Assembly (NCBI RefSeq): GCF_009914755.1 | Contig: NC_060934.1 | Origin: the human T2T-CHM13v2.0 reference genome, Homo sapiens | DNA: 64,000 bases | Strand: one strand, 5' to 3' | The notes under the pieces: generated by a model | Seen by the model: only the letters and a program-made list of their open reading frames with translations | Told to the model about the DNA's origin: nothing | Database searches by the model: none | Position numbers and translations under genes: made by a program | Shown here: positions 1 through 23,839 of the stretch, in pieces | Layout of the letters: every line of letters starts with the position of its first letter | Numbering within the stretch: the first letter of the stretch is position 1

Positions 1-685
1 ACATGTATCCACTATTCTCATGACCTTACCCTGCTTCATATTTCTTTATAATTTCTATTATATATCACCAACTGACACTACTTTATAGTGCTGTCTATTG
101 TTTCCACTACAGTGTAAACTCTGAGGTCAAAAACATTGTCTTATTTACTACTGAAGCGCTAGTACCCAAAATAGTGCATGGCACTAACCTATGGTAGATA
201 TGGATGACTGGATTGTTTTTATTTCGGTCCATTCCTCACTGCACTTACCTTTTCATTTAAATTTTTTTCTATTATAGATATTATGCAGTGACCAGAAACT
301 CAAATAGTTTCTGGTTCACTCGGAAAGTTAAACATTTAAAGGTTGGGTAGAAGAGAACTAGTAAAAGTCAGGAATAGGAATATCAAGAGAATGTGGGGTC
401 AGAAAAGACAACGGACAAGAGTGTTTCCATAAAGGAGTGATTAACAGTGTTATGTTGCAATGAGATTCAAATAAGAACTGAGAATGTCCATTAAACTGAG
501 CAACATTGAAGTCATTAAACCTTAGTGGGCTACTTTGATGTATGCTGAATGTTGCAATGAGACAGAGGGTTGAAGAATCAGTGGGAGGCAAGGAATTAAA
601 CATTGCTAGTGTAGACAATTATAAAAGTAAGCTTTAAAGGGGAAGAGAGAACTGAAAATAGTTGGTAGGGAAATAGGAGGTTCCA

Positions 686-838
686 GCTGGGTGCAGTGGC
701 TTGCACCTGTAATCCCAGCTACTTGGAGCCTAAGGTGGGAGGATTCCTTGAGTTCAGGAATTAAAGGTTACAGTGAGCTATGATGGTACCACTGCACTCC
801 AGCCTGGGTGACAGAGTGAGATTTTATCTTTTAAAAAG
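686..838 (+). mobile_element. Alu monomer (FRAM/AluJ right-arm-like)
   Basis: Right-arm Alu consensus only. Confidence 0.8.
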
Positions 839-1403
839 AGGGAATAATGATTTCTAATCTAAAATAATTTCTGAATAGGCAGCAGGGAGTTGGATCCAGA
901 GCACAAGATGAGAGAGTGAGAAAGGTATTCAGGATGCAGATGGGTTTGTAAATTTGATGTTGGTAAGCTGAATGGGGAATTCTGTCTTGTAGCTATTGTT
1001 TCCTTTGTTAGGTAGGCCAGAAGTGGGGCCATCTACCGTAACAAGAGGGAGCCAGGGTTTTCTTTTGTTTTGACTTCTATGATTGGATGGATGGTTATGC
1101 ACATTGATATGAAAAGGATTCTATAAGAGGAAGACATTTTGTGTGGGTAGGGAAAAATGACTTGTAACATCATACTTAGAAGAAAATCCCCAGTGCCTTA
1201 TCTGGAGGGTCTGCCTCTGACTTTTTGTGCCATTCCCCCTTGCCAATTCGGCTTCAGTGATACTGGCCTTCTCTCTGATATTCAAACATGCCCAAGTGTA
1301 TTCCTGCTTTACTCTCTGTACACGTGTAGTTTCTGCTTGGATTGCTCTTCCCCCAGGCTGGCTAGCTTCTTGGCATTTGGTTCTCTGCTTAAAGTGCCTA
1401 TCA

Positions 1404-1776
<373 letters not shown>

Positions 1777-1924
1777 TCACTCTCATGCCACCCTATTCTA
1801 ATATTTTGCAATTTCCCCCTTTTCATCCCAACTCCTGGAATGTAAGTTCCATATCAACAGGGATGTAGTCTGTCTGGTTCATTGCTGTACAGCTCCTGTG
1901 ATAGTTCCTGGTATCCAGGAGACA

Positions 1925-2172
1925 TTTTAATTTAATTTTTAATTTTTGTGGGTACACAGTAGGTGTATATGTTTATGGGGTACATGAGATGTTTTGATAC
2001 AGGCATACACTGTGAAATAAAAACATCATGGAAAATGGGGTATCCATCCCCTTAAGCATTTATCCTTTGAGTTATAAACCAATTATACTCCTTAAGTTAT
2101 TTAAAAATGTACAATTATTATTGACTATAGTAACCCTGTTAGGCAATCAATAGTAGGTGTTATTCATTCTTT
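1925..2172 (-). mobile_element. L1MA-type 3' end fragment
   Basis: tttttgtgggtacacagtaggtgtatat...gatacaggcat is the reverse of an L1MA 3'UTR; a related copy lies at about 48350-48950. Confidence 0.75.
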
Positions 2173-2517
2173 CTAACCAGGAGGCATTGAAAAAACAAAG
2201 AAAAAACAAAATAAATGTAGACCCTTAAATAAAAGTGAATGAACAAGAGTGTTCACAGCCACTTTGAAGGGAGGGTTTGCACAACGGCAAAGACGTGCCA
2301 GGAAATGCACCAATGCACTTTTATTACCAAGTGTGGGGCCAGATGTCAGTTGAGATGTGTGTTCTTTGAGAATCAGATGAAGTTTTCTTGAGCTCCATTT
2401 CGTGTATTTGGACAAATTCTCTCTCTTGCCTGTGGAGCAGAAGGTCCAAGGAACAAAGTTTCTAGAGAAAAACAATGAATGGAAGAAAGATTTGGGGAGG
2501 TGGGCCACAGTTGAATT

Positions 2518-3650
<1,133 letters not shown>

Positions 3651-3759
3651 TTAAGTAGAATGAAACAGCTAAGTTTTCGATTAGGAGATAGGATTTAAGA
3701 GTAGCTATTAACAGAGGCTACATTTTATCTTGAAATAATATTGAATGAACTAGGAGTAA

Positions 3760-6011
<2,252 letters not shown>

Positions 6012-6823
6012 CTTGTAAACTCTTAAATTTTGTATAGACACAATCATACAAGTTGTGGGAGTCAAAATGAAGGAAACGGGTGGTTACATGGTAGGTATAT
6101 TTAATGCCATACATCTTAAGAAATTGGAGGTGGGAAAGGGAGCCCTGGAGAGGGAGACAAAGGAAATAGTTGAAAAGGAATGCAAACAAGAAAAGGAGGA
6201 ATTGAAAGCTGAAGTGAAAACCAGGGACAAGAAAAGCTCCGCTCCTTCCTTCACTGCCCACTCGAATGAATGAATCCTGTTTGGTTTCCTGAATCTTCCT
6301 TCTGCTGGCCACTCCGCTTGGTCCATCACTTCTTTCAGCTTGCCCTTATCCTAAACAGCTTTCTTTAACCCAGTCATAATCTTAATTTCCTGTTCCTTCT
6401 CTCTCCCGTCCCACCCACAAAAAAGCCCTCCTCTTTGTCATTTTGGGGGATTTTTCACTTAAGATGTGAGCCGCGCGCTGCGGGTGCGGCGAGGCTGGCC
6501 CTATAAAAATGTTTCTGTTTCTGACATCCTCGTGCAGATACGCAGACGTCTCTACCTACAGGATCATGGGCTAGCGGGTGCTCAATCACAGCAGCCAGCG
6601 TTGGAAGGCGCCTTGCAAAGTATTAACAGCACTATCAAACTTTAATTGCGTAGTTCGGAACCAGATATGTGAGGAAACTGGGTTCTCCACGATCGGCCAC
6701 CTCGCCCAATCTCACAGGATAGTTACAGGCTGAGTTCGGCAGCGGGACCCAGTTTCCTCCTGAGAGAGGTCCAGGTAAAGGTTTACGGTTGCCACAGGTC
6801 AGTCCTGACGAAAACCGCAAGCT

Positions 6824-6902
6824 GCGCCAAATCTCGCGCAGCGGGGCGGGAGGGCGGGTGGGGAATGTAAGGTATCGCGAGATGACAGGATTTTCCCGCG
6901 AA
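6824..6902. promoter_or_regulatory. Two E2F sites (GCGCCAAA 6824-6831 = TTTGGCGC on minus; TTTCCCGC 6892-6899) flanking Sp1/KLF GC boxes and a TATCGCGAGA motif (6873-6882)
   Basis: Exact TTTSSCGC matches; HELLS is an established E2F-regulated proliferation gene. Confidence 0.8.
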
Positions 6903-7033
6903 GGAGAAGCGCGCTTTTTTCCCTGGCGGGGGATTTGGCTAGAAGGCTGGGCCGGCAGCGGTTGTGAGGAGTTAGCTCGCGGCATTGCAGGCTCTGAGAG
7001 GAGGGGACCCGGTTCCCGGGTGAGTGTCCAGGC

Positions 7034-7064
7034 ATGCCAGCGGAACGGCCCGCGGGCAGCGGCG
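7034..7064 (+). CDS. HELLS: HELLS coding exon 1 (MPAERPAGSG/G)
   Basis: ATG at 7034; donor GCG|gtgagt at 7065; 31 nt. Confidence 0.95.
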
Positions 7065-7488
7065 GTGAGTGAGGAAAACCTTTTGGGCGCGGGTGGCAGC
7101 CTGCGGGGCTGAGGTGGGCAAGCATGGAGGCTGCGGCGGAGTTTCGGGGAGGGAGCCGACCCCGGGCAGGGACTGAGGAGGAAAGGAGGGTTGGGAAACT
7201 GCAACGGTGAGTGGAGGACACCCCGGAATCGCACGTATTAGCATGCCGGTGAAGATTTCACATAGGCAACTGCATTTTCCCGAGCATCCCGAGTTGTAAA
7301 CTGTGGTCCAGGCGACTTGTAGACATTGTGAAGACTTACGGTGTCTTCTGAGAGGTGATGCTGGCGTCCCCTCGGTCTTCAGCTTTTGCTCCAGTGCATC
7401 TCGGGTGGGAGAAAGGCTGTTTCTTGTTGGAGTTGAGTAGTTGGTAATTTTTTTAAAACTGCAATTTGAAAGCTTTCTCCCCCGTCAG

Positions 7489-7610
7489 GCTCGGAGGCTC
7501 CAGCAATGGTTGAACAACTGGACACTGCTGTGATTACCCCGGCCATGCTAGAAGAGGAAGAACAGCTTGAAGCTGCTGGACTAGAGAGAGAGCGGAAGAT
7601 GCTGGAAAAG
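7489..7610 (+). CDS. HELLS: HELLS exon 2 (SEAPAMVEQ...KMLEK)
   Basis: tcag| acceptor; AAG|gtaatt donor; 122 nt. Confidence 0.97.
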
Positions 7611-8339
7611 GTAATTTAGGCATCAGGTTCGTCGTCGTGAAAGCCTGTGGTAACCTCGGCTTTAACCCGGAGGTGTGGTTTGTGTTCTTTGCTTTCCTAT
7701 TTAGTGGGCTTTTTAATAACTGAAAGAAAACAGCTTTATTACTTGTCTTTTTTGTATGTTTACAGATATTGCCTTTGAGAATCCTTTCGCAAGTGCTTTG
7801 AATGGTGTGTTTCTATGAGATGTAGTCTTGGTAGTCCCATCACTTTTAAATGAGCATTTCAGATTGCTTGTTTAGCCATGAAAAGTCTTTCAAAGTCCAT
7901 AGTGAGTTTTTTCGTTTGTCATCCTTATTTCCTTTAAAAATTACCTTAAATGTATGTCTCATGGCAAACAGGAATCGCTAAAACCTGCAGAAGTAATGTA
8001 CTAGACTGAGGGCAGGAGAAGTTAGCATCAATCAAAGGCTGGGCTGGAATCCAAGTCTAATGATTTCCTTATACTGTAGTGCTGTTTTCCACCTAAGTGA
8101 TCAACTTGCTGTTTGTTTTTCTTTTGGTTTCATGGCCTGTGTATTGCTACATAAGATTCTTTAGCTAAAAATGTGCCGTACTTTTTCAATGACAAGTTGC
8201 TGTAGTTTTCTTGTAGAGAGCATTTTGTAAGTTACTAAAAACAGTTTTTAACCTGAAAAATTCTTGTTTATTCTAAAGCCCCACCCTGCTGCTTGATTCA
8301 TATGCAAGAAAAAGAATGATCGTTGACTCTTAAGTACTG

Positions 8340-8960
8340 CCTAGTACGTGGTTTTCTTGTGCTTTATTAATTTATTAAACTCTACCGATATTATGATATA
8401 GGTTATTTTTTGTTATTTTCATTTACAAATGAAGAAACTGAGGGAGAAGGGCACATAGTAAGTGTTGAAGTCAAATTTCAACTCAGGCTGCCTGCAGAAT
8501 TTCTGTCCTTAATAATAGTGAATTAACTCATGATTATAAAACTACTTAAGTTGGAAAATAATGCATTCCAAAAACGAGTAATGAGGCCGTTGGTTCCCTG
8601 TTATGTCAACAATAATTTTTTTGTCAGCATTGTTAATACTTCTTGAACATTTATTAGGAGTCATGCATTGTTTTGAATGCTTTATATGTATTTACTCATT
8701 GAATCCTCAACTATTCTGTAAAGTAGATGTTCATTATTACTATTACTGCTATTAAACTTACTAGTTTAATTACTAGTATAAACAATTGCTATTATTGAAC
8801 TACACAACCAAATAGGTTTTATTAGTCATCTTATTTTACAGATGAGGAAACTGAGGCACATAGAGGTTGTTTGGGTGCCACAGTTGGTAAATGGCAGAGC
8901 TAACATTCCAGTGTAGGCCATGTGGTTCTAGAATGCACATTTTTTAACTACCATGCTATA
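8340..8960 (+). mobile_element. MIR fragments
   Basis: MIR core ttttacagatgaggaaactgaggcac at about 8835-8860 and a similar motif at about 8420-8445. Confidence 0.7.
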
Positions 8961-9822
8961 GTTCCACTCCAGTAATACTCCTTCCGTTATTACTGATGAT
9001 CTCTGGTTGACTATAACCAGTTAAGGTAATATATTAACAAATTTTCTTTAAGTAACATCAATACTTTTTGCTTCAGGGTAGATGTGAATTAACAGAATTG
9101 AGAGGTCTGACCTGAACCACCTTTTCTCATTCTTTGAATTTTCATAGTACTTTATTACACAGAATTTACCATGACCAAATAAGTAATGATAAATACTTCA
9201 TACTACTTTTTGATTCTTTCTCACTTTGTTTCTTGAGGGTGCATCACTTGCTGTTTTGTTTTTGTAGGCTTTGCACCTGGCACATAGTAGGCAATCAGTA
9301 AGTGCTTATTGAATAGCTAACGATGATAAAATGGTATTTTATAATATACAAGATTATATACATATACTAAATATACTTATTAGCTATATAACCAGATGAA
9401 TTATAAAGTATAAATTCTGGGGCAAGTGCCCAGAATGGAATCAACTGAAGAAGTCTAAGAGGGATGTGATAATTTTGTCTTGAGTAATGTATCTTCAGTT
9501 TTATCTTGTTTCTTCATATACCCATTATGAGTGTTGGGTAGGGAAATAGCATTTAAAGAAAGATATGCCTGAGATATGACAACAGTACATTTTCAGAAGG
9601 TATTATTCATTCAAGGAAGAAACACTTCACATTTAAAAAAGATAAGTCAAATATGTAGTATTTTATATATTTGCTGAGGTCAAATGACCTGCTACTTTTA
9701 ATGACATTTTTAAGCTTATGAACAAACATTTTGCAGTTAGTCCTAAATTTAATAATTATGCATCATAGAACCTAAAGAGTAATTTTTAATCCTTCCATTA
9801 AAAAAGTATATGGCTGTTTTCA

Positions 9823-14959
<5,137 letters not shown>

Positions 14960-15237
14960 TTCAATTGTTTTTTAAATGGACCTTCCAACTCAGTAGTGCC
15001 AGAAACCATGTGTTCAATATTTGAAATTATAATATTTTGATATACGAATTGCATCTATCAGATTGCCTGTTAAACCCAAAAACTATTTTTTTTTTAACAG
15101 TTATTTGTTCCAGTTTTTGGTTTGAAAGTGTTTGGTTTAAAAAATGTTATTTTAGCCATTTTTATTAAACTTTATGCCAAAAAAATTAAGGTATGTCAGA
15201 AAGTGTTCATAATTATGGAAATTTTCTCTTTGGATAG

Positions 15238-15360
15238 GCTCGCATGTCTTGGGATAGAGAGTCGACAGAAATTCGGTACCGTAGACTTCAACATTTGCTT
15301 GAAAAAAGCAATATATACTCCAAATTTTTATTGACGAAAATGGAACAGCAACAATTAGAG
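15238..15360 (+). CDS. HELLS: HELLS exon 3 (ARMSWDRES...QQQLE)
   Basis: atag|, GAG|gtatgt; 123 nt. Confidence 0.97.
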
Positions 15361-15669
15361 GTATGTATATGTAACTGACTACAAGTGAAAGCTTAAAAAA
15401 ATTTAAAAATAGCTTTATTGAAGTGTATATTATATACAGTAAAATGGACAGATTTTAAATGTACGGTTTGCTGAGTTTTGACTAGTAAATATATAGATCT
15501 GTGTAACCACCAGCACAATCAAGATACAGTGCACTTCCATGAACTCCAAAAAATTGTCTTGTGCTGACAGTAATCCCCATGGCTGGTGTCCAGCAACTAC
15601 TGATTTGCTTTCTGTCACTATAGACCAGTATTGTTTTTTCCTAGAAAATTGTATAAATGAAATCATGGT

Positions 15670-17430
<1,761 letters not shown>

Positions 17431-18039
17431 ATATTCTTGCACATATGCACTCTTTGTCTTGTTACTTTTGCTCAGTGTATTTTTGAGATTCATTCATGTC
17501 ATGTTTTTCTGTAGGTTATTTTTTTTATTCCTGAGAAGGATTCCATTAAGAAATGTCGTTATTGGGGTGTAATTGACATACACTAAACTGCACATATTTA
17601 AAATGTACAATTCCCTAAGTTTGATATATGGATATACTTGTGAAGACATAACAATCATGATAGTGGACATACCCACTGATTCCAAAAAATTCTTTCTGCT
17701 TATTTATAATTCTTCTCGCCCGTCCCTACCCCATGTTCTATCCACAGATAGCCAATTGATCTGTTTTCTGTTATTATAGGTTCATTTGCATTTTCTGTTG
17801 GTGATGGGTTCTTTTAGCTTTCATATGTCTGAATGTCTTCACTTACCTTCATTTTTGAAATACGTTTTTACTGGGTAAAGAATTTTTTTTCTTTAGTACT
17901 TTATTTCTTGGAGTACTTTAAAGATGTTTCACTGTCTCCTAGCTTATGTTGTTTCTGAAAAGTGAAAGTCCTGATAATGTCTATATGTCTGTAAGCAATT
18001 TGACTGCCTCCCTCAATCCCATTACCTTTCAGACCTGTC

Positions 18040-18400
18040 TCCAGATGTGTTTCCTGTCTTGGGCTTTTGCCCTTGCTATTTTATGCCTGGAACCTTCTTC
18101 CTCTAAATAACTGCATGGCTTAACTTCATCTTCAAGCCCTGACTTAAATGGTTTCTAGATGAGACCTGCCCTCACAATTTTAAGAAAGTTGCTAACACAC
18201 CTGATTCTCTTTACCTTGTTCTGTTCTTCCCATTGCACTTTTCATCTGATATACATCATTTATTGTATTTATTGTTTGTCTTTCCACTAGACTGTTATGA
18301 AGATTTAAAAACTTGTGCAAATTGAGAGAATACAGTAAGTCCCGGTGTCCCCATCACCCACATTTAAAAATTATCAATTTAAATTTTGCTGTATTTGTCA
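18040..18400. mobile_element. L2 3' fragment (plus, about 18040-18295) abutting an old antisense L1M 3' fragment (about 18296-18400)
   Basis: L2 motif ttattgtttgtctttccactagactgt; L1M-like gagagaata...ccccatcaccca...aattatcaa. Confidence 0.6.
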
Positions 18401-19250
18401 AATCTCCTTTTTCCTTTGTTTGAAACCCTTTTATTACTTTTTTATGGTAAAGTAAAACAAATGGAAAAACAAATATTCAACTTAATGAGTTACACAGCAT
18501 CTACCCCTTTCATCACCTCTTGGAAATGGTTTGAATTTTTGGTGTCTTTAAAAAATTTGTAAGAGTATGTCTAGAATAGCTTTTAGTCTAGGAATAAGTT
18601 GATCCCTTTTCTGAGCACTCTACTTGATGCCCTTTATATTAAGAGGACTTTCTACTTTGGCTGAGAGAATGTGAGGTATACCTTATTATGCCTGACCCCT
18701 TGGAACATGAGAGGTTCCACCTGCTTCTTTCTGGTGACTCTTCTCCTGGCCTTGGTTACCATGCACTTACCAGTACTCAGCCTGAGAGAGAGATAACAGC
18801 TGCCTTTGTGCAGCTTTGTCCTCTCTGGTACTTGACCCTGGGAATGCTACTGCTCTTAAGTTTTGGATTCTGTCTCCTCAACACAAAGAGACTGTTGGGC
18901 TCTGTTTGGATTTTTCTCCATTATTTGTACTTTAAAATTGTATCAGGCAGTAAGCTGGGCAGTCAGAAGATTAACCTTGTTTCCGTTTTGTCAGTGTTTA
19001 CAGTCCGTTACTGCATGTTGTCTGAAAACCATTGTTTAATAAATTTTATCTGGATTTTAGTTGTTTAAGGCAGGAGGCTAAATCTGTCCCATTAGTCCAT
19101 AAAGGCTTGAAGTACAAGTTCCTCCCTGGTTTTTAATTATGATAGACCTTAGTTTCTCATTGTAAACATAAGTTATTTGAGAATTGATATGCGTTTTTTT
19201 TTTAAATGTTGCACTTTCCACTTGTGACATAAGAAAAAATTGTCTTACAG

Positions 19251-19307
19251 GAACAGAAGAAGAAAGAAAAATTGGAGAGAAAAAAGGAGTCTTTAAAAGT
19301 TAAAAAG
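19251..19307 (+). CDS. HELLS: HELLS exon 4 (EQKKKEKLERKKESLKVKK)
   Basis: acag|, AAG|gtaata; 57 nt. Confidence 0.96.
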
Positions 19308-19660
19308 GTAATATAGCCAGCCGGAATATTTTTTATGTCATTTAAATATTGAAGAAATACTTTTGTATTCTTCTGACTTTTTTGATCATCTGTTTAATTT
19401 TAAGTTTCTTTAGTGATAAACCTAACTTTGTTACAAGCAATGCAGAAACATGTAAAATCTGTTCCTCACTATTTAAGAAATGGAGAAAGAGCCAAAGTAT
19501 GGTCCACTTTAGTTTCTTATTCTATGGATTATTTTGGACGTTGGCAAAATTTGACTTTCTTAATTGGAAAGAATCTGCAAATTTAAACTTCAAGGCATTT
19601 TGTAAGTGGCCACCTTCTTTGAAACCTGTAATGAAGTTTTGCTAGTGAAAAGAGAAATAA

Positions 19661-19918
<258 letters not shown>

Positions 19919-20104
19919 TAGCCACGATGGTCTCCATCTCCTGACCTTGTGATCTGCCCACCTCGGCCTCCCAAAGTGCTCAGATTACAGGCATGAGCCA
20001 CCACGCCCAGCCTGTTTTCCCTTACTCTCACAACAGTTCTTTTTAGGTAGAGGTACTTTTTTCCCCCATTTTACATAAATAGGCTGATGCAAGGAGATAA
20101 AGAA

Positions 20105-21065
<961 letters not shown>

Positions 21066-21529
21066 AATTTGCTGAAAATTACGGATTTGAACCCAGGATT
21101 AGTTTAAGAGCTTCTACTTAGCTTCTGTGCTAAACTGCCTTTTATTTATTTATTTTTTTTTTGAGACGGAGTCTCGTTCTGTCACCCAGGCTGGGATGCA
21201 GTGGCGTGATTTCGGCTCACTGCAACCTCTGTCTCCTGGGTTGAAGCAATTCTCTGCCTCAGCCTCCCAAGTAGCTGGGATTACAAGCACCTGCCAGCAC
21301 ACCCGGCTAATTTTTGTATTTTTAGAAGAGACAGGGTTTCACCATCTTGGCCAGGCTGGTCTTGAACTCCTGATCTTGTGATCCACTTGCCTTGGCCACC
21401 CAAAGTGCTGAGATTAAGTCCAGTTATTTGATTCTTAGACTAGTTAATGGTGATGTTAAAATGCCTGATAAAGTATTTTGCAGACTGTTTTGCAACAAAA
21501 CCCATTATTTAAAACTGGTAATACTGCTA

Positions 21530-21658
<129 letters not shown>

Positions 21659-21872
21659 TTAGCTGGGCGTGGTGGTGTGTGCCTGTAGTCCCAGCTGCTT
21701 GGGAGGTTGAGGCACGAGTATTACTTGAACCACGGTAGGCAGAGGTTGCAGTGGGCCAAGATTGCATCACCGCACTCTAGTCTGGGCCACAGAGGGAGAC
21801 TCTGTTCCTAAATAAATAAATAAATAAATACATAAAACTGGTAATACTGAGTCACTGAGAGAGAGAGTATTA

Positions 21873-22220
<348 letters not shown>

Positions 22221-23306
22221 CTAATTTCAGAGACTTACCTAGGGCTTTTCAGATTTTTATTTTCATAGAGACAGAGCTTCACTATGTTGCCCAGGCTGGT
22301 CTCGAACCCCTTGGCTTAAGCTATCCCCCACACCCACACCCATACCTTGGCCTCTGAAAGTGCTGGGATTACAGGCATGAGCTAGCACAACTGGCCTTAC
22401 CTAGGGGTTTTGAAGAACATGTTTTTATTTATATGACAATTTTACTGGCTTAGTCATTTATTCCCTGCTCTTTAACCTGTTAATTTAATATATCCTTCAC
22501 TTTATTCCACCTAACTTTTTATACCAGGGTTTTGATTTTTTTCCCCTCTGCTTTTTTCATAAGGGCGTCAACTATTTTGAAACTTAAAAAATTTTTTTAG
22601 AGGTGATGTCTCAGTAGCCCAGGCTAGAGTCCAGTAGCACCATAGTAGCTCACTACAGCTTTGAACTCCTGGGGTCAAGCCATCTTCCCACCTCAGCCTC
22701 CTGAGTAGCTGAGACTACAGGTGCACACCACCATGCTCAGCTAATTTTCGCATTTTTTATAGAGGTGGGGATCTTGCTTTGTTGCCCAAGCTGGTCTTGT
22801 ACTCCTGGCTTCAAGCAATCCTACTACCTAGTCCTCCTAAAGTGCTGGGATTATAGGTGTGAGCCACTGCACCTGGCCAGAAACTGTTTCTTAACATCTC
22901 ATTTCTCTTACCTTCCTCACTAATAATTTTCCATTAGTATTCTCTTTTATTTCTGCTTTGGGTTATATTTAATGTATGAATTTCATTCACAATGAATATT
23001 CCTTCAATACCCTACCTATTGAAGGGTATTCCTTCAATACCCTACCCTACAAAAATACCTATTTTTGTATTTTTAGTAGAGACAGGGTTTCACCATGTTA
23101 GCCAGGATGGTCGTGATCTCCTGACCTCATGATCTGCCCGCCTCTGCCTCCCAAAGTGCTGGGATTACAGGCTTGAGCCACCGCGCCCGGCCAAGATGTA
23201 CATGGTATTTCTAAATAAAAATGCCAACTATGGGCTGGGTGCAGTGGCTCAACGCCTGTAATCCCAGCACTTGGGGAGGCCTAGGCGGGCGGATCACCTG
23301 AGGTCA

Positions 23307-23567
<261 letters not shown>

Positions 23568-23802
23568 CTAAATGGAAAAAAATGGACAGAAGTAGAGCCC
23601 TTGGGAAAAAGCAGAGATTATGAACAAGTTATAGTAGGGAAATACAGAAAAATATTACATGTAGGTAAGTATAATAGTGAAAAATTGTGGATGTGGCTCA
23701 ATTGCAGGAAACATATTTTTTCTCAAGTTAATCAGTGCCTTTTAACGTATAATACTATGAAGGTCCTTAATAAAATCAATATTCTGAATCCTTGTTTTGT
23801 AG

Positions 23803-23839
23803 GGTAAAAATTCAATTGATGCAAGTGAAGAGAAGCCAG
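23803..23839 (+). CDS. HELLS: HELLS exon 5 (GKNSIDASEEKP)
   Basis: gtag|, CAG|gtaaat; 37 nt. Confidence 0.95.

Larger units (their letters stand above)
6470..7640. promoter_or_regulatory. HELLS: CpG island promoter of HELLS, spanning exon 1, intron 1 and exon 2
   Basis: High GC and CpG density against an AT-rich, CpG-poor background; CCAAT at 6706-6710; GC boxes at 6843-6858. Confidence 0.9.

Noticed and set aside
2173-2508. 111-aa minus-strand ORF in unique sequence
   Set aside because: Non-ATG start and no recognisable family. It lies just downstream of the minus-oriented THE1 LTR, but there is no evidence of transcription
6055-6273. Lys/Glu-rich 72-aa ORF resembling a coiled coil
   Set aside because: GTG start in a purine-rich low-complexity tract; no splice or homology support that I can see
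6635-7244. 199-aa, 140-aa and 90-aa antisense ORFs and a 107-aa sense ORF over the promoter
   Set aside because: Stop-poor frames are expected in a GC-rich CpG island; Pro/Arg/Ala-rich with no recognisable domain
7766-7804. Possible 39-nt poison mini-exon in intron 2
   Set aside because: Good acceptor but weak donor (ATG|gtgtgt); within chance expectation
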